From an uncultured Planctomycetales bacterium (GTDB taxonomy: Bacteria > Omnitrophota > Gorgyraeia > Gygaellales > Profunditerraquicolaceae), in NCBI GenBank assembly GCA_964645795.1, contig CAZYCL010000004.1, forward strand, positions 21,830 through 85,829: 64,000 nt of DNA, given 5' to 3'. Within the stretch, counting starts at the first letter, position 1. Each line of letters begins with the position of its first letter. The notes under the pieces are model-generated. The model worked only from the letters and a program-made list of their open reading frames with translations. It was not told the DNA's origin and searched no databases. Positions 26,892 to 37,202 of this stretch are shown here, in pieces. Both the position numbers and the translations under genes were made by a program.

Positions 26892-27166
26892 AACCGTTCG
26901 CAAAGAAGGTATTAAGGGTCGTTGCGGATATTCCTTTGGGTGAGGTGCGCAGCTACAGGTGGGTTGCCAAGAAGGCCGGTTTTCCCCGGGCCTGGCGCGC
27001 GGTAGGCACAGCGCTGCGCAATAACCCCTGGCCGCTGCTCATCCCATGCCACAGGGTGGTAAAGAGCTGCGGTGACCCCGGAGATTACAGCCGCGGGAAA
27101 AACAAGAAAAGGACGCTTATCAAACTCGAACAGGAAATCAAGAGATGTCTGCGGAACAAAGAATAA
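26888..27166 (+). CDS. methylated-DNA--protein-cysteine methyltransferase (MGMT/Ogt DNA-binding domain, 92 aa)
   Basis: Active-site 'IPCHRVV' plus a helix-turn-helix ahead of it. Confidence 0.65.
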   Translation: MKPFAKKVLRVVADIPLGEVRSYRWVAKKAGFPRAWRAVGTALRNNPWPLLIPCHRVVKSCGDPGDYSRGKNKKRTLIKLEQEIKRCLRNKE

Positions 27167-28125
27167 GGGGTATCTTGTTTTATTTGAGCGTAGGCGCCTT
27201 CTTTGCCGGCCTGCCGTTCATCCTTTCTTTTGCCCTGGGTTATAAGTTCGACGCGCGCAAGCTTAAATTCATGAAAGCCGGGATAATAATGCTCAGGACC
27301 CAGCCTTCGGGGGCCAGCGTCTGGCTTAACGGAAGGCCGGAAAATGAAAAGACCCCCATGACTATCGATGAGCTTATGCCGGGAAATTATAATCTTGAGG
27401 TCAGGCTTGAAAAGCATTACCCCTGGTCGGCCGCGGTGGCGGTAGAGCCGGGCAGGGTCAGCCGCCTGGATAAGATCATCCTTTTTCCCTTACGCCCCAA
27501 CACCAAACAGATCAACAGATTCCAGTTTTCCGCGTTCTGGCTGGACAAGGAGGCCAACGAAATCTACTACCTGAGCCTTGACCGCAAAAGTATTTATAGG
27601 TCGAATCTGGAAGGGGGGCAGCTTGAGAGGGTGGGAGACTTCCTTGAGATAAAACCCTCACCGAAGAAGTGGCTAGTCTCGGAAGACAGGGAAAAGCTTC
27701 TTTATTTTAACCGTCAGCAGATAGCGGTGGTATATTTAAACAAGGCATTCCAGGACAGCCCCCCGCGGGAGGCATTCGTCATAGATTATCCCAGGGCCCA
27801 GGTCCTGGACGTCTTCTGGCACTCCAACAGCTATCACTTGATTGTCGCCACCGACAGGGGGATAGAGGCGCGCGAAGCCCGTCCCCAAGGGCATTCGGTG
27901 AATTTAGTCAATCTTAACAAGCCCAAGGCCTTCTCTTACTACGACGCCAGGACCGATACCCTCTATTTCGTGGATACCGAACGGGCCTCCGACGGCAATG
28001 TTTACGATAACCTCTATACATTACAGCTTAATAACAAGCTCTTTTCATTCCAGGAGCTGATGAGACTGGCTCCCGGTTTTGAAAAGACAAAACTTAAGAC
28101 AGGTCCAAAAGATGAAGAAAGATAG
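27145..28125 (+). CDS. membrane-anchored PEGA-domain protein with beta-rich C-terminal domain
   Basis: N-terminal TM, then PEGA-like 'RTQPSGASVWLNGRPENEKTPMTIDELMPGNYNLEVRLEKHYPW'. Confidence 0.4.
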   Translation: MSAEQRIRGILFYLSVGAFFAGLPFILSFALGYKFDARKLKFMKAGIIMLRTQPSGASVWLNGRPENEKTPMTIDELMPGNYNLEVRLEKHYPWSAAVAVEPGRVSRLDKIILFPLRPNTKQINRFQFSAFWLDKEANEIYYLSLDRKSIYRSNLEGGQLERVGDFLEIKPSPKKWLVSEDREKLLYFNRQQIAVVYLNKAFQDSPPREAFVIDYPRAQVLDVFWHSNSYHLIVATDRGIEAREARPQGHSVNLVNLNKPKAFSYYDARTDTLYFVDTERASDGNVYDNLYTLQLNNKLFSFQELMRLAPGFEKTKLKTGPKDEER

Positions 28126-29590
28126 GGCGCTTGAAATATTGCCCGGCCTGATATCATGGAGCACGATCGTTTTTTTCGTGGTGCTGGCGTTCTTTAATCC
28201 TGTCGCCTGCGCGGTGTCGATCATCGTCTTTGATTTCTACTGGATCATCCGCACCGTCTATCTTACTACCATGCTGGTCCTGGCCTACCGCAAGCTTTCC
28301 GAAGAGGAGAATAAAGATTGGTTTGCCGCCTGCTCTGCCCTGGGGCGGGGGGATGAGCTGAAAAGGATATACCAGCTTGTGATCTTTCCCATATATAAAG
28401 AAAGCCCGGATATCATGCGCCCGTCCCTGGAAGCGCTTAAGGCCAGCCACTACCCCAGGGACCGGATAATTGTGGTCCTGGCTTTTGAAGAGCGAAATGC
28501 CGATGCCCGGGCCAATGCCGCGGCCCTTGAACGGGAATTCAGGCAGGCGTTTTTTGCCTTCGTTTCGACTTTTCATCCCGACGGCATAGAAGGGGAAAGG
28601 CGCACCAAAGGGGCTAACGCCACCTGGGCAGCAAGGCGCGCCAGGGAGTTCCTGGATAAAGAAGGGATACGTTATGAAAACGTCATCGTCTCCTGCTTCG
28701 ACGCCGATACCTGCGTCAACCGCCAGTATTTCGGATGCCTGACCTATCATTTCATGACCGCGGCCCTGCCTCATCAGGCCAGTTATCAGCCCATGCCCGT
28801 CTATAACAACAACATCTGGTATGCGCCGTCACTGGCCAGGCTTGTCGAGGTCAGCGCATCATTCTGTCAGCTTATCGAGAGCATGCGCCTGGAAAAATTC
28901 GTCACCTTCTCCAGCCACAGCATGAGCTTCAAGACACTGGTCGATATTGATTACTGGCCTACGGACATGGTATCCGACGACTCCGTAGTCTACTGGAAGG
29001 CGTTTTTGCATTATAAAGGCAAATACCGCGTCCTGCCCCTGTATATTACGGTATCCATGGATGTGGCCTACGGGAGCAGTTTTATCAAGACCCTGCTTAT
29101 ACAATACAGGCAAAAAAGAAGGTGGGCATGGGGCGTGGAGAATTTTCCGTTTGTGGCCGGCAGGTTCATGCGCGATTCCGAAATGCCTTTTTGGCTCAAA
29201 GCCAGAAGGGCCTTTCATCTTCTGGAGAGCCACGTAAGCTGGGCGGTATGGGCGGTGGTAATAATTTTCATGCCTTCCATGTCGATGCTCCTGGGCGGGG
29301 CGTACTTTTCGCAGTTGACCGCCATCGGCTATAACCTGCCGCGCGTGACCGGCTACCTTTTTAACCTCACGATCATTACCAGCCTTATCTGGATAATCCT
29401 GAGCTGGACGATACTGCCTCCCCGGCCCAAAGACGTCAGGTGGACCAAGATCCTGGTGATGGTCCTGGAATGGCTGATGGTCCCCTTCCTGATAGCGATA
29501 CTGGGCTCCGTGCCGGCGCTTGATGCCCAGACAAGGCTGATGCTGGGCAGGTACATGGAATTTAATCCTACCGAAAAAAGAAAAAAATGA
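28079..29590 (+). CDS. membrane glycosyltransferase family 2 (processive, cellulose/PNAG-synthase-like topology)
   Basis: GT-A core with 'IFPIYKESPD', 'CFDADT' (DxD) and C-terminal TM bundle. 'QYRQKRRWAWG' resembles the Q(R/Q)xRW motif. Confidence 0.55.
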   Translation: MKRQNLRQVQKMKKDRALEILPGLISWSTIVFFVVLAFFNPVACAVSIIVFDFYWIIRTVYLTTMLVLAYRKLSEEENKDWFAACSALGRGDELKRIYQLVIFPIYKESPDIMRPSLEALKASHYPRDRIIVVLAFEERNADARANAAALEREFRQAFFAFVSTFHPDGIEGERRTKGANATWAARRAREFLDKEGIRYENVIVSCFDADTCVNRQYFGCLTYHFMTAALPHQASYQPMPVYNNNIWYAPSLARLVEVSASFCQLIESMRLEKFVTFSSHSMSFKTLVDIDYWPTDMVSDDSVVYWKAFLHYKGKYRVLPLYITVSMDVAYGSSFIKTLLIQYRQKRRWAWGVENFPFVAGRFMRDSEMPFWLKARRAFHLLESHVSWAVWAVVIIFMPSMSMLLGGAYFSQLTAIGYNLPRVTGYLFNLTIITSLIWIILSWTILPPRPKDVRWTKILVMVLEWLMVPFLIAILGSVPALDAQTRLMLGRYMEFNPTEKRKK

Positions 29591-29602
29591 TATAATAAGG
29601 CC

Positions 29603-30673
29603 ATGGGTATCAAAGAGCTGCTCAAATATATGGTGGATAAAGGCGCATCCGACCTTTTCTACAGGGCCGGAGGGACCAGCCGTCTGCGCCTGGACGGCAA
29701 AGTCATCAGCCTCGACAATAAAGAGCTTTCCGTGGATGACGTGATGAAGGCGGTAGGGGAATTGACCTCTGCCCAGCAGAAAGAGGTTTTTAAGCAGTCC
29801 CTGGACATCGACTTCGCTTACTATTATCCGGAGATAGACCGGCGTTTCCGGGTGAGCGTGTTCATGCAGCGCAACTGGCCTTCTATCGTGGTCAGGAACG
29901 TTCGCAACCAGGCCTACACCTTTGAAGAGTTGAATCTTCCGGCGGACATCCTGAAGAAACTTTCCATGGAGAAAAGGGGGTTGGTGCTTTTGACCGGGAC
30001 GATGGGCAGCGGCAAATCCACTACCATCGCCAGCATGATAGAATATATCAACGCCAACTTTCACAAGCACATCCTTACGGTAGAGGAACCCATAGAGTTC
30101 ACCTTCAAGGATAAGCAGTCCATCGTCAACCAAAGAGAGCTGGGTTTGGACGTGTCCAGCTATTCGGTGGCCCTTAGGGCGTTTACCCTGCAGAGCCCGG
30201 ACGTGATCTTTATCGGCAACATCCGCGATTACGAGACGATGTCCGCGGCTGTCACCGCGGCCGAGACCGGGGTCCTGGTCTTAAGCACCCTGCATACGGT
30301 AAATGCCGTCCAGAGCGTGGAAAGGATCATTAATTTTTTCCCGCCCCACGAGCACCAGGAAAAGAGAAACCAGCTCTCCAGCCTCTTAAAAGGGGTGATA
30401 TCCCTGAGGCTTATACCCTGCAAGGACGGCAAGGGCCGGGTGCCTGCCTACGAGACGATGTTATTGACCCCTACCATCAGCCGCCTTATCCGGGAAGGCA
30501 AGGTCTGGGAGATCCCGCAGTTTATCTCCGACGGAGAGGTCTTCGGCATGCAGAGCTTTGACCAGTCGCTGGTAAAGCTGGTAAATAGCGGCAAGATCAG
30601 CCCCGAAGAGGCCTTCGATTTCGCCGATAACAAAGACGAGTTCGCCCTTTCCCTGAAAGGCATAAAACGCTAA
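29603..30673 (+). CDS. pilT: type IV pilus retraction ATPase PilT/PilU family
   Basis: Walker A 'GTMGSGKSTT', Asp box, 'FIGNIRDYETMSAAVTAAETGVLVLSTLHT' His box. Confidence 0.8.
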   Translation: MGIKELLKYMVDKGASDLFYRAGGTSRLRLDGKVISLDNKELSVDDVMKAVGELTSAQQKEVFKQSLDIDFAYYYPEIDRRFRVSVFMQRNWPSIVVRNVRNQAYTFEELNLPADILKKLSMEKRGLVLLTGTMGSGKSTTIASMIEYINANFHKHILTVEEPIEFTFKDKQSIVNQRELGLDVSSYSVALRAFTLQSPDVIFIGNIRDYETMSAAVTAAETGVLVLSTLHTVNAVQSVERIINFFPPHEHQEKRNQLSSLLKGVISLRLIPCKDGKGRVPAYETMLLTPTISRLIREGKVWEIPQFISDGEVFGMQSFDQSLVKLVNSGKISPEEAFDFADNKDEFALSLKGIKR

Positions 30674-30693
30674 CGCCATCATAAGGAGTGGAT

Positions 30694-31807
30694 ATGCTCG
30701 AAGATGCTTTAAAGAACCTCGGTTTAGTGCACGCGCGACTGGAACAACTCCGAGGTTATCTTTGACATAGATGCCAAAAACAAGAGGGCCGCGCAGTTAT
30801 CGCAGCAGATGACGCAGGAAGGCTTCTGGAACGACAGCGATAGCTCCACCAAAACGGTAAAGGAATTAAAGAGCCTCAAATCTTCAGTCGAGGCCTGGGA
30901 AGCGGCCGTTAAAAAACATAAGGACTTAAAGGAGCTTGCCGAAATACTCTCCCCCCAGGATAACGACCTCGTTAAGGACCTGTCCAGCAATATAAACGCC
31001 CTTTTAAAAGACACCGAAGAGCTGGAGTTCAAGACTCTCTTGAGCGGTGAATACGATTCCAACAGCGCGATATTGAGCATCAATGCCGGCGCAGGCGGGA
31101 CAGAGTCATGCGATTGGGCGAGTATGCTTTTCAGGATGTACGCGCGTTTTGCCGAGGCCCACGGCTACAGCACAAAGACCATCGATGTGCTGGAAGGGGA
31201 GGAGGCGGGGATAAAGAACGTGACCATGCTTGTTGAGGGGGAGTATGCCTACGGGTATCTCAAGACGGAGCGCGGTGTGCACAGGCTGGTTCGCATCTCG
31301 CCTTTTGATTCCAATAAGCGCCGGCACACTTCTTTTGCCTCCGTGGACGTCATCCCCGAAGTTGCCGATGATACAAATATAAAGCTCGAAGAAAAAGAGC
31401 TGCGCATAGAAGTATACCGTTCTAAGGGGGCCGGAGGCCAGAGCGTAAACACCACAGACTCGGCGGTAAGGATCACCCATGTCCCTACCGGGATAGTAGC
31501 GCAGTGCCAGAACGAGCGCTCGCAGTATCAGAACAAGCAGACGGCATTTAAGATACTCAAGGCCCGTCTTTATGAGTTTGAGCGCCAGAAAAAAGACGAG
31601 GAGTTGGCGAAGCAGTTCGGGGGGGTCAAGAAAAAGATAGAATGGGGAAGCCAGATACGCTCTTATGTGCTGCATCCCTATAATATGGTAAAGGACCACC
31701 GCACGGACCACGAGACCGGCGATACCGCCAGGGTCATGGACGGGGGGCTGGATGATTTTATCGAGGCCAGCCTTAAGGCGCAAAAGCTCCAGAATAAAGA
31801 AGGATAG
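30694..31807 (+). CDS. prfB: peptide chain release factor 2, requires +1 programmed frameshift at 30760-30766
   Basis: ORF0 is ATG 30694 ...'LRGYL' CTT TGA C. The +1 frame continues 'D...' into the 332-aa ORF with '[16 protein letters not shown]' and the GGQ motif 'GAGGQSVN'. SD-like GAGGT lies 3 nt upstream of CTT, identical in layout to the E. coli prfB site. Confidence 0.9.
30752..30766 (+). other. prfB +1 ribosomal frameshift site (SD-like GAGGT - TAT - CTT TGA C)
   Basis: Exact CUU UGA C slippery/stop context with an internal Shine-Dalgarno. Confidence 0.85.
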
Positions 31808-31812
31808 CGCAG

Positions 31813-34737
31813 ATGCTGGGATTTATCAAAAGAGGATTACTCAAGCATAAGCAGGGTATCATCAGAAAAAGGTATCCCGGAGTCAATATTACGCTTCATT
31901 TGGATATGCCGGCTTCTTCCATGAACAAGATGGTAGAGATGGCCAGGATCGTAGAGAAAATCAACTCTTTTGAGCCGGAAATGAAAAGCTGCACCGATGC
32001 CGAGCTGAGACAGAAGAGCCAGGCGTTCAGGCAGATCATATTGGCTAAGGACAAAGAGCGCGCTCAGGAGATCCTGGGGCTTAAGGAGTCGATGGCTGCC
32101 GCCGCTATCCCCGAGGAGAAGGAGAGGATGAGGCGAAAGCTGCGTGATGCGCGCAACAGGATATTTGAAGATGTCCTGCCCGAGGCCTTTGCCCTGGTGC
32201 GTGAAGCCTCCAGGAGGACGATAGGCCTTCGACACTTTGACGTGCAGCTGGCCGGCGGCATCATCCTGCATGAGGGCAAGATCTCCGAGATGTCCACCGG
32301 AGAAGGCAAGACCCTCGTGGCGACACTGCCCGCCTGCCTCAATGCCCTGTTGGGCCGGGGCGTGCATATAGTGACGGTAAATGATTACCTGGCCCGCCGC
32401 GACCGCGAATGGATGGGGCCGGTGTTCGAGTTTCTGGGGCTTACGGTAGGGGTGATACAGCATGAGATGTCCGACGACCAGAGACGGCTGGCCTACGCCT
32501 GCGATATTACTTACGGCACCAATAATGAGTTCGGCTTCGACTATTTGCGCGATAACATGAAGTACTCCGGCGAAGACCTGGTGCAGAGGCCGTTTTACTA
32601 CGCTATCGTCGATGAAGTCGATTCTATCCTGATCGATGAAGCCCGCACCCCGCTTATTATCTCCGGGCCAAGCGAGGAGTCCACCGATAAATACTATACC
32701 GCCAGGCAAATCGGCGAACAGCTTAAAGGCAGGCGGGTCACCGAATCCGACGAGATAGACGCCAAGCATAAAGGCCTGGACCTGGCCAAGGGTTTTGATT
32801 ATACGGCGGACGAAAAGAACCAGACTATTGCCCTGACCGAAGACGGGGAAGCCAAGGCCACCAGGTTCTGGGGAGTGGAAAGCCTCCACAGCCTTGAGAC
32901 TATTGAGTACCGGCATCACACCATTCAGGCCCTTAGGGCCAAGGAGTTCTATGACAGGGACGTGGACTATGTGGTAAAAGACGGCCAGGTGGTCATCGTA
33001 GATGAGTTTACGGGCAGGTTGATGCCGGGCAGGCGCTGGTCCGACGGGCTGCATCAGGCAGTAGAGGCTAAAGAGGGTTTAAAGATCGAAAGGGAGAACC
33101 AGACCCTGGCCACCATCACCTTCCAGAATTACTTCCGCATGTATGAGAAGCTGGCCGGGATGACCGGTACGGCTTTTACCGAGGCCGCAGAATTCGAAAA
33201 TATCTACCAGCTTGAAGTCGAGGTAATCCCTACCAACAGGAAGCTTTGCAGGGTAAACCAGGCCGACAGGATTTACAAGACCGAGAAAGAGAAGTTCGCC
33301 GCGGTTGTCGATGAGATCGCCGACTGCCACCAGAAGGGGCAGCCGGTGCTGGTAGGGACGATCTCCATAGAGAAATCCGAAAAGATCTCGGAGATGCTCA
33401 AGAAACGGGGTATAGCCCATCAGGTGCTTAACGCCAAGTATCACGAGATGGAGGCCCAGATCATCGCCCAGGCAGGCAGGTACAAAGGGGTGACCATTGC
33501 CACCAATATGGCCGGGCGGGGCACGGATATACTGTTGGGCGGGAACCCGGATTTCATCGCCCGCAGCGTTGCCAAGCAGAAGCTTAAAGACGATGATCCG
33601 GATTACCAACAAGAGTACGGTAGGCTTCTGGAAAGATTCAGAAAAGAGGCGCAGGCCGAGCACGATAAGGTGGTAGAGGTGGGAGGGCTGCATGTGTTAG
33701 GCACGGAGCGCCACGAAGCCCGCCGTATCGACAATCAGCTGCGCGGCCGCTCCGGCCGGCAGGGCGATCCCGGTTCATCGAGGTTTTATGTATCGCTGGG
33801 GGATGACCTGATGCGCTTATTCGTCGATTCCAACCGGATGGTAGCGATGATGGAAAAGCTGGGCCTGGAGGACGGCCAGGTGATAGAGCATTCCTGGATC
33901 ACTCACTCCATCGAAAGGGCGCAGCGCCGCGTGGAACAGCATAACTTTGAGATCAGAAAGCAGCTTCTTGAGTATGACAATGTAATGAATAAACAGAGGG
34001 AGATCATCTACGGTCAGCGCCGGCAGGTGCTGGAAGGGGCCAGCTTAAAGGAGAATATCATCGAGATGGCCTCCGGCATGCTTGAGCGGATCATCGATAG
34101 TTATAGCGCCAACAAAGCGATAGGAGAAGAGCTGGATACGGCGGGTCTGCTGCAGGCGCTAAGATCCGCGTTTGGCCTGGAGCACGAAAATATTCCGCTA
34201 GATCCTTCCGGTGATATCAAAGAGCAGCTGGCTGCCGTATTGATAAAAGCCTATGAGGAGAAAGAGCGCCTCATCGGTTCGGAGCTTCTGCGCTACATGG
34301 AGCGGATGCTCTTTTTGCAGATAATCGACACCAAATGGAAGGATCACCTGTATGCCATGGATAACCTGAGAGAAGGTATTGGGCTGCGCGCCTACGGCCA
34401 GCGCGACCCGCTGGTAGAGTACAAGCGGGAGGCATTCCACATGTTCAGCGAGATGATGTCCCTGATCGAGGGGGAAGTAGTTGAGGCCGCTTTCAGGTTG
34501 AAGGCCGCAAGGCAGGAGCGGGTAAAGACCGTATTCGGCGCCTCCGGCCAGCAGATGATCCACCCCGAAGCCAGGAAGCTTGAGCCTGCCGCCCTTCATG
34601 CCGCAGAAGATGCCCAGGACCCGGATGCAGCCGCGCCGAGACCAAAGCCGGTACAGCTGTCCGGACCCAAGGTCGGGCGAAATGATCCCTGTCCCTGCGG
34701 TTCAGGGAAAAAATATAAGAAATGTTGCGGGCAATAA
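31813..34737 (+). CDS. secA: preprotein translocase ATPase SecA
   Basis: DEAD-like motor motifs, '[10 protein letters not shown]', and C-terminal Zn finger '[14 protein letters not shown]'. 974 aa. Confidence 0.95.
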   Translation: MLGFIKRGLLKHKQGIIRKRYPGVNITLHLDMPASSMNKMVEMARIVEKINSFEPEMKSCTDAELRQKSQAFRQIILAKDKERAQEILGLKESMAAAAIPEEKERMRRKLRDARNRIFEDVLPEAFALVREASRRTIGLRHFDVQLAGGIILHEGKISEMSTGEGKTLVATLPACLNALLGRGVHIVTVNDYLARRDREWMGPVFEFLGLTVGVIQHEMSDDQRRLAYACDITYGTNNEFGFDYLRDNMKYSGEDLVQRPFYYAIVDEVDSILIDEARTPLIISGPSEESTDKYYTARQIGEQLKGRRVTESDEIDAKHKGLDLAKGFDYTADEKNQTIALTEDGEAKATRFWGVESLHSLETIEYRHHTIQALRAKEFYDRDVDYVVKDGQVVIVDEFTGRLMPGRRWSDGLHQAVEAKEGLKIERENQTLATITFQNYFRMYEKLAGMTGTAFTEAAEFENIYQLEVEVIPTNRKLCRVNQADRIYKTEKEKFAAVVDEIADCHQKGQPVLVGTISIEKSEKISEMLKKRGIAHQVLNAKYHEMEAQIIAQAGRYKGVTIATNMAGRGTDILLGGNPDFIARSVAKQKLKDDDPDYQQEYGRLLERFRKEAQAEHDKVVEVGGLHVLGTERHEARRIDNQLRGRSGRQGDPGSSRFYVSLGDDLMRLFVDSNRMVAMMEKLGLEDGQVIEHSWITHSIERAQRRVEQHNFEIRKQLLEYDNVMNKQREIIYGQRRQVLEGASLKENIIEMASGMLERIIDSYSANKAIGEELDTAGLLQALRSAFGLEHENIPLDPSGDIKEQLAAVLIKAYEEKERLIGSELLRYMERMLFLQIIDTKWKDHLYAMDNLREGIGLRAYGQRDPLVEYKREAFHMFSEMMSLIEGEVVEAAFRLKAARQERVKTVFGASGQQMIHPEARKLEPAALHAAEDAQDPDAAAPRPKPVQLSGPKVGRNDPCPCGSGKKYKKCCGQ

Positions 34738-36275
34738 AAAAAGTCATCCAGCTAAAGAGCAAAGATATCGGTTTGTGTTTGGCCAGCGCGCTTATGCTGG
34801 CCTTTTCATTTCCCCGCGCCAATATCTGGATCCTGGCCTGGGTCGCTTTTGTCCCGCTGTTTTTGGCGCTGGAGAACAAAAACCTCATTCAATCTTTTTT
34901 GCTGGGTTTTATCACCGGGATCGCCTTTTGGTGGCTGGCCATTTATTGGCTGGTACACGTCACCTTCATCGGTACGTTCGTATTGGTCTTATATCTGGCC
35001 TTGTACTTTGGGCTGTTTTGTTTGATCCTTAGGCCGTTTACCAGATGCTCCAGGCTTTATGTTTTGATACTTGCTCCTTCAGTCTGGGTGCTGCTTGAGT
35101 ATGCCCGGTCGCATCTTCTGACGGGTTTTCCCTGGGCCCTGCTCGGCCATTCCCAGTATTTAAACCTTGCGGCCATCCAGGTTTCCGATTTCAGCGGGGC
35201 ATTCGGTGTTTCATTCCTGGTCGTTATGGCCAATGCCGCGGCGACGGAGTCTGTCTGGGCGATCAGAAGGCGGCTATGGGGCAGGCTTGTCAAGGCCGTT
35301 ATTTTAATGCTCGCCTTCTTGCTGCCCGCGCTATATTACGGGCATCTCCGGTTGGCTGAGCAGCCACAGGCCGGCGGCAAGAGGTCTTTACGCGTATCGG
35401 CGGTCCAGGGCAATATCCCGCAGGAGTTAAAATGGGAGCCTCGCGCGCGCTCTCCTATCGTAAACAAATACCTTTCTCTCTCGAAGGGTTCGCTGGATAG
35501 CCGGCCGGAGCTGGTCATCTGGCCGGAAGCAAGCTTTCCTGAACCGGTCGAGCCCGGGGCGCGCTATCTTGACAGGGTAAAAGAGTTCTGCGCCAAAAAT
35601 AAGGTAGCCCTGCTTATGGGCGCGGTGACCGTATCCGCGGGCGGTTATTATAACAGCGCCATGCTTATATCCGGCTCCGGCAAAGAGGAAGGCCGTTATA
35701 ATAAGATACACCTTGTGCCTTTCGGCGAGTACATACCACTTAAAAAGATATTTCCGTTCCTGGAAGTAGTCGTGCCTATCGGAGACATTTCGGCGGGGAA
35801 AGACTATACTATATTTAAGTTAGCCGGCAGCCCGGGGCGCCAGCCATTGAAGTTCGGGGTGCTTATTTGTTTTGAAGATCTTTTCCCCGGGCTTTCCAGA
35901 AGCCTCGTGGGCAAGGGCGCGGATTTCCTGGTCAACATCACCAATGATGCCTGGTATAAGGATACCAGCGCTGCCGAGCAGCACTTTCAGTCCTCGGTAT
36001 TCCGGGCGGTAGAGAACCGCAGGCCGGTCATCCGCTCTGCCAACACGGGCATATCCGGGTTTATTTTACCTTCAGGAAGGCATGTTTGGCTCAAAAGCGA
36101 AAGCGGCAAAGAATTATTTGTCGAAGGATTTCTGACACAGGAGGTCTGGAAAGCCAAAAACGGACAAAGCTTTTACTGCCGTTACGGCGATATCTTTGTT
36201 TTGCTGTGCCTGGCAGCGTTCATCGCGGCTCCATGTGCACTACCACGTCGGTTACTTCCGGGATCCCCTTCTTGA
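34722..36275 (+). CDS. lnt: apolipoprotein N-acyltransferase
   Basis: N-terminal 6-8 TM, then nitrilase-fold domain with '[11 protein letters not shown]' (catalytic Cys) and 'VNITNDAWY'. Confidence 0.85.
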   Translation: MLRAIKKVIQLKSKDIGLCLASALMLAFSFPRANIWILAWVAFVPLFLALENKNLIQSFLLGFITGIAFWWLAIYWLVHVTFIGTFVLVLYLALYFGLFCLILRPFTRCSRLYVLILAPSVWVLLEYARSHLLTGFPWALLGHSQYLNLAAIQVSDFSGAFGVSFLVVMANAAATESVWAIRRRLWGRLVKAVILMLAFLLPALYYGHLRLAEQPQAGGKRSLRVSAVQGNIPQELKWEPRARSPIVNKYLSLSKGSLDSRPELVIWPEASFPEPVEPGARYLDRVKEFCAKNKVALLMGAVTVSAGGYYNSAMLISGSGKEEGRYNKIHLVPFGEYIPLKKIFPFLEVVVPIGDISAGKDYTIFKLAGSPGRQPLKFGVLICFEDLFPGLSRSLVGKGADFLVNITNDAWYKDTSAAEQHFQSSVFRAVENRRPVIRSANTGISGFILPSGRHVWLKSESGKELFVEGFLTQEVWKAKNGQSFYCRYGDIFVLLCLAAFIAAPCALPRRLLPGSPS

Positions 36276-37095
36276 TCGCCCCCTCAATACTATAACTTAT
36301 TTTGTGCGCGTCTTGCATGTGCATGCTGGGATTTACCTGCACATGCAGGTCTACGTGTATATCATCGGGCCTGCCGCGGGAGCGTATCTTATGGCATGCC
36401 TTGACGCCTTTGACCGCCAGCACGATATCGCTGATCTTCTTTTCGTCGATTATCGCCGCCGTATCGCAGAGAATCTGCGAGCTTTTTTTCATGATTTCGA
36501 AACCCGCATGCGCGATCAAAAGGGCGATAAGGATGGTAATTACGGGGTCAAAGACCGGATACCCCGCTTTGATAAAGAAAAGGGCGGCAATGACCGACAG
36601 AGACGTCATTATATCGGCGCGGGTGTGCATCGCGTCCGATACCAGGATATCGCTTTTTAACTGGATGCCTTTTTTGCGCTCGTAAAGCATTACCCAGATG
36701 TTCAGTGCCAAAGTGACCAGCATTATCGCAAAACTCACCCTGTCGACATCGGGCCAGACGGGCGAGCGCAAGCGTTCGATGCTTTCGTTGATGAGATTGA
36801 AGGCAAGCAAAAAAAGCAACATCGCTATCCCGAGGGAAAAGAATGTTTCGTATTTTTTGTGTCCGTAGGGATGGTCCTTGTCCTTTGGCTGGCAGGCAAA
36901 GTGAATGCCTGCCAGGCCTATGATATTGGATGCCCCATCGGAAAGCGAGTGGAACCCGTCGGCGGTCATACTGGAGCAGCGGGTCATCAGGCCGTAAACT
37001 ATCTTTGCCAGCGCGACTGCCCAGTTAAGCGACAGGATGACCAGCAGTATGCGGGTAATTTGGCGGTAATAGTTTTTAATTGCCTTTTCTTCCAT
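36220..37095 (-). CDS. cation diffusion facilitator (CzcD/ZitB-type Zn/Co/Cd efflux)
   Basis: 'ADGFHSLSDGASN' and 'DHPYGHKKYETF' CDF signature. Six TM plus a C-terminal cytoplasmic domain. Confidence 0.8.
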   Translation of the reverse strand: MEEKAIKNYYRQITRILLVILSLNWAVALAKIVYGLMTRCSSMTADGFHSLSDGASNIIGLAGIHFACQPKDKDHPYGHKKYETFFSLGIAMLLFLLAFNLINESIERLRSPVWPDVDRVSFAIMLVTLALNIWVMLYERKKGIQLKSDILVSDAMHTRADIMTSLSVIAALFFIKAGYPVFDPVITILIALLIAHAGFEIMKKSSQILCDTAAIIDEKKISDIVLAVKGVKACHKIRSRGRPDDIHVDLHVQVNPSMHMQDAHKISYSIEGAIKKGIPEVTDVVVHMEPR

Positions 37096-37202
37096 AATAA
37101 TAAGTATAGGTTTTTTAGGGGCGATTGCAAATCCTTTTTGGCCAAATTAATGATAAAAGTTTGCTTTAAGAAGGCGCGGCTTTGTGTTAGAATAGACCGC
37201 CC

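Noticed and set aside
28859-30133. 424-aa ORF on the minus strand spanning the GT2 and pilT genes
   Set aside because: It overlaps two + strand genes that have strong family motifs. Its translation is low-complexity and rich in H/P/G/R, as expected from the antisense of GC-rich coding DNA. It has no RBS or recognisable domain.
31837-33054. 405-aa minus-strand ORF inside secA
   Set aside because: Antisense of SecA, with no motifs. Spurious.
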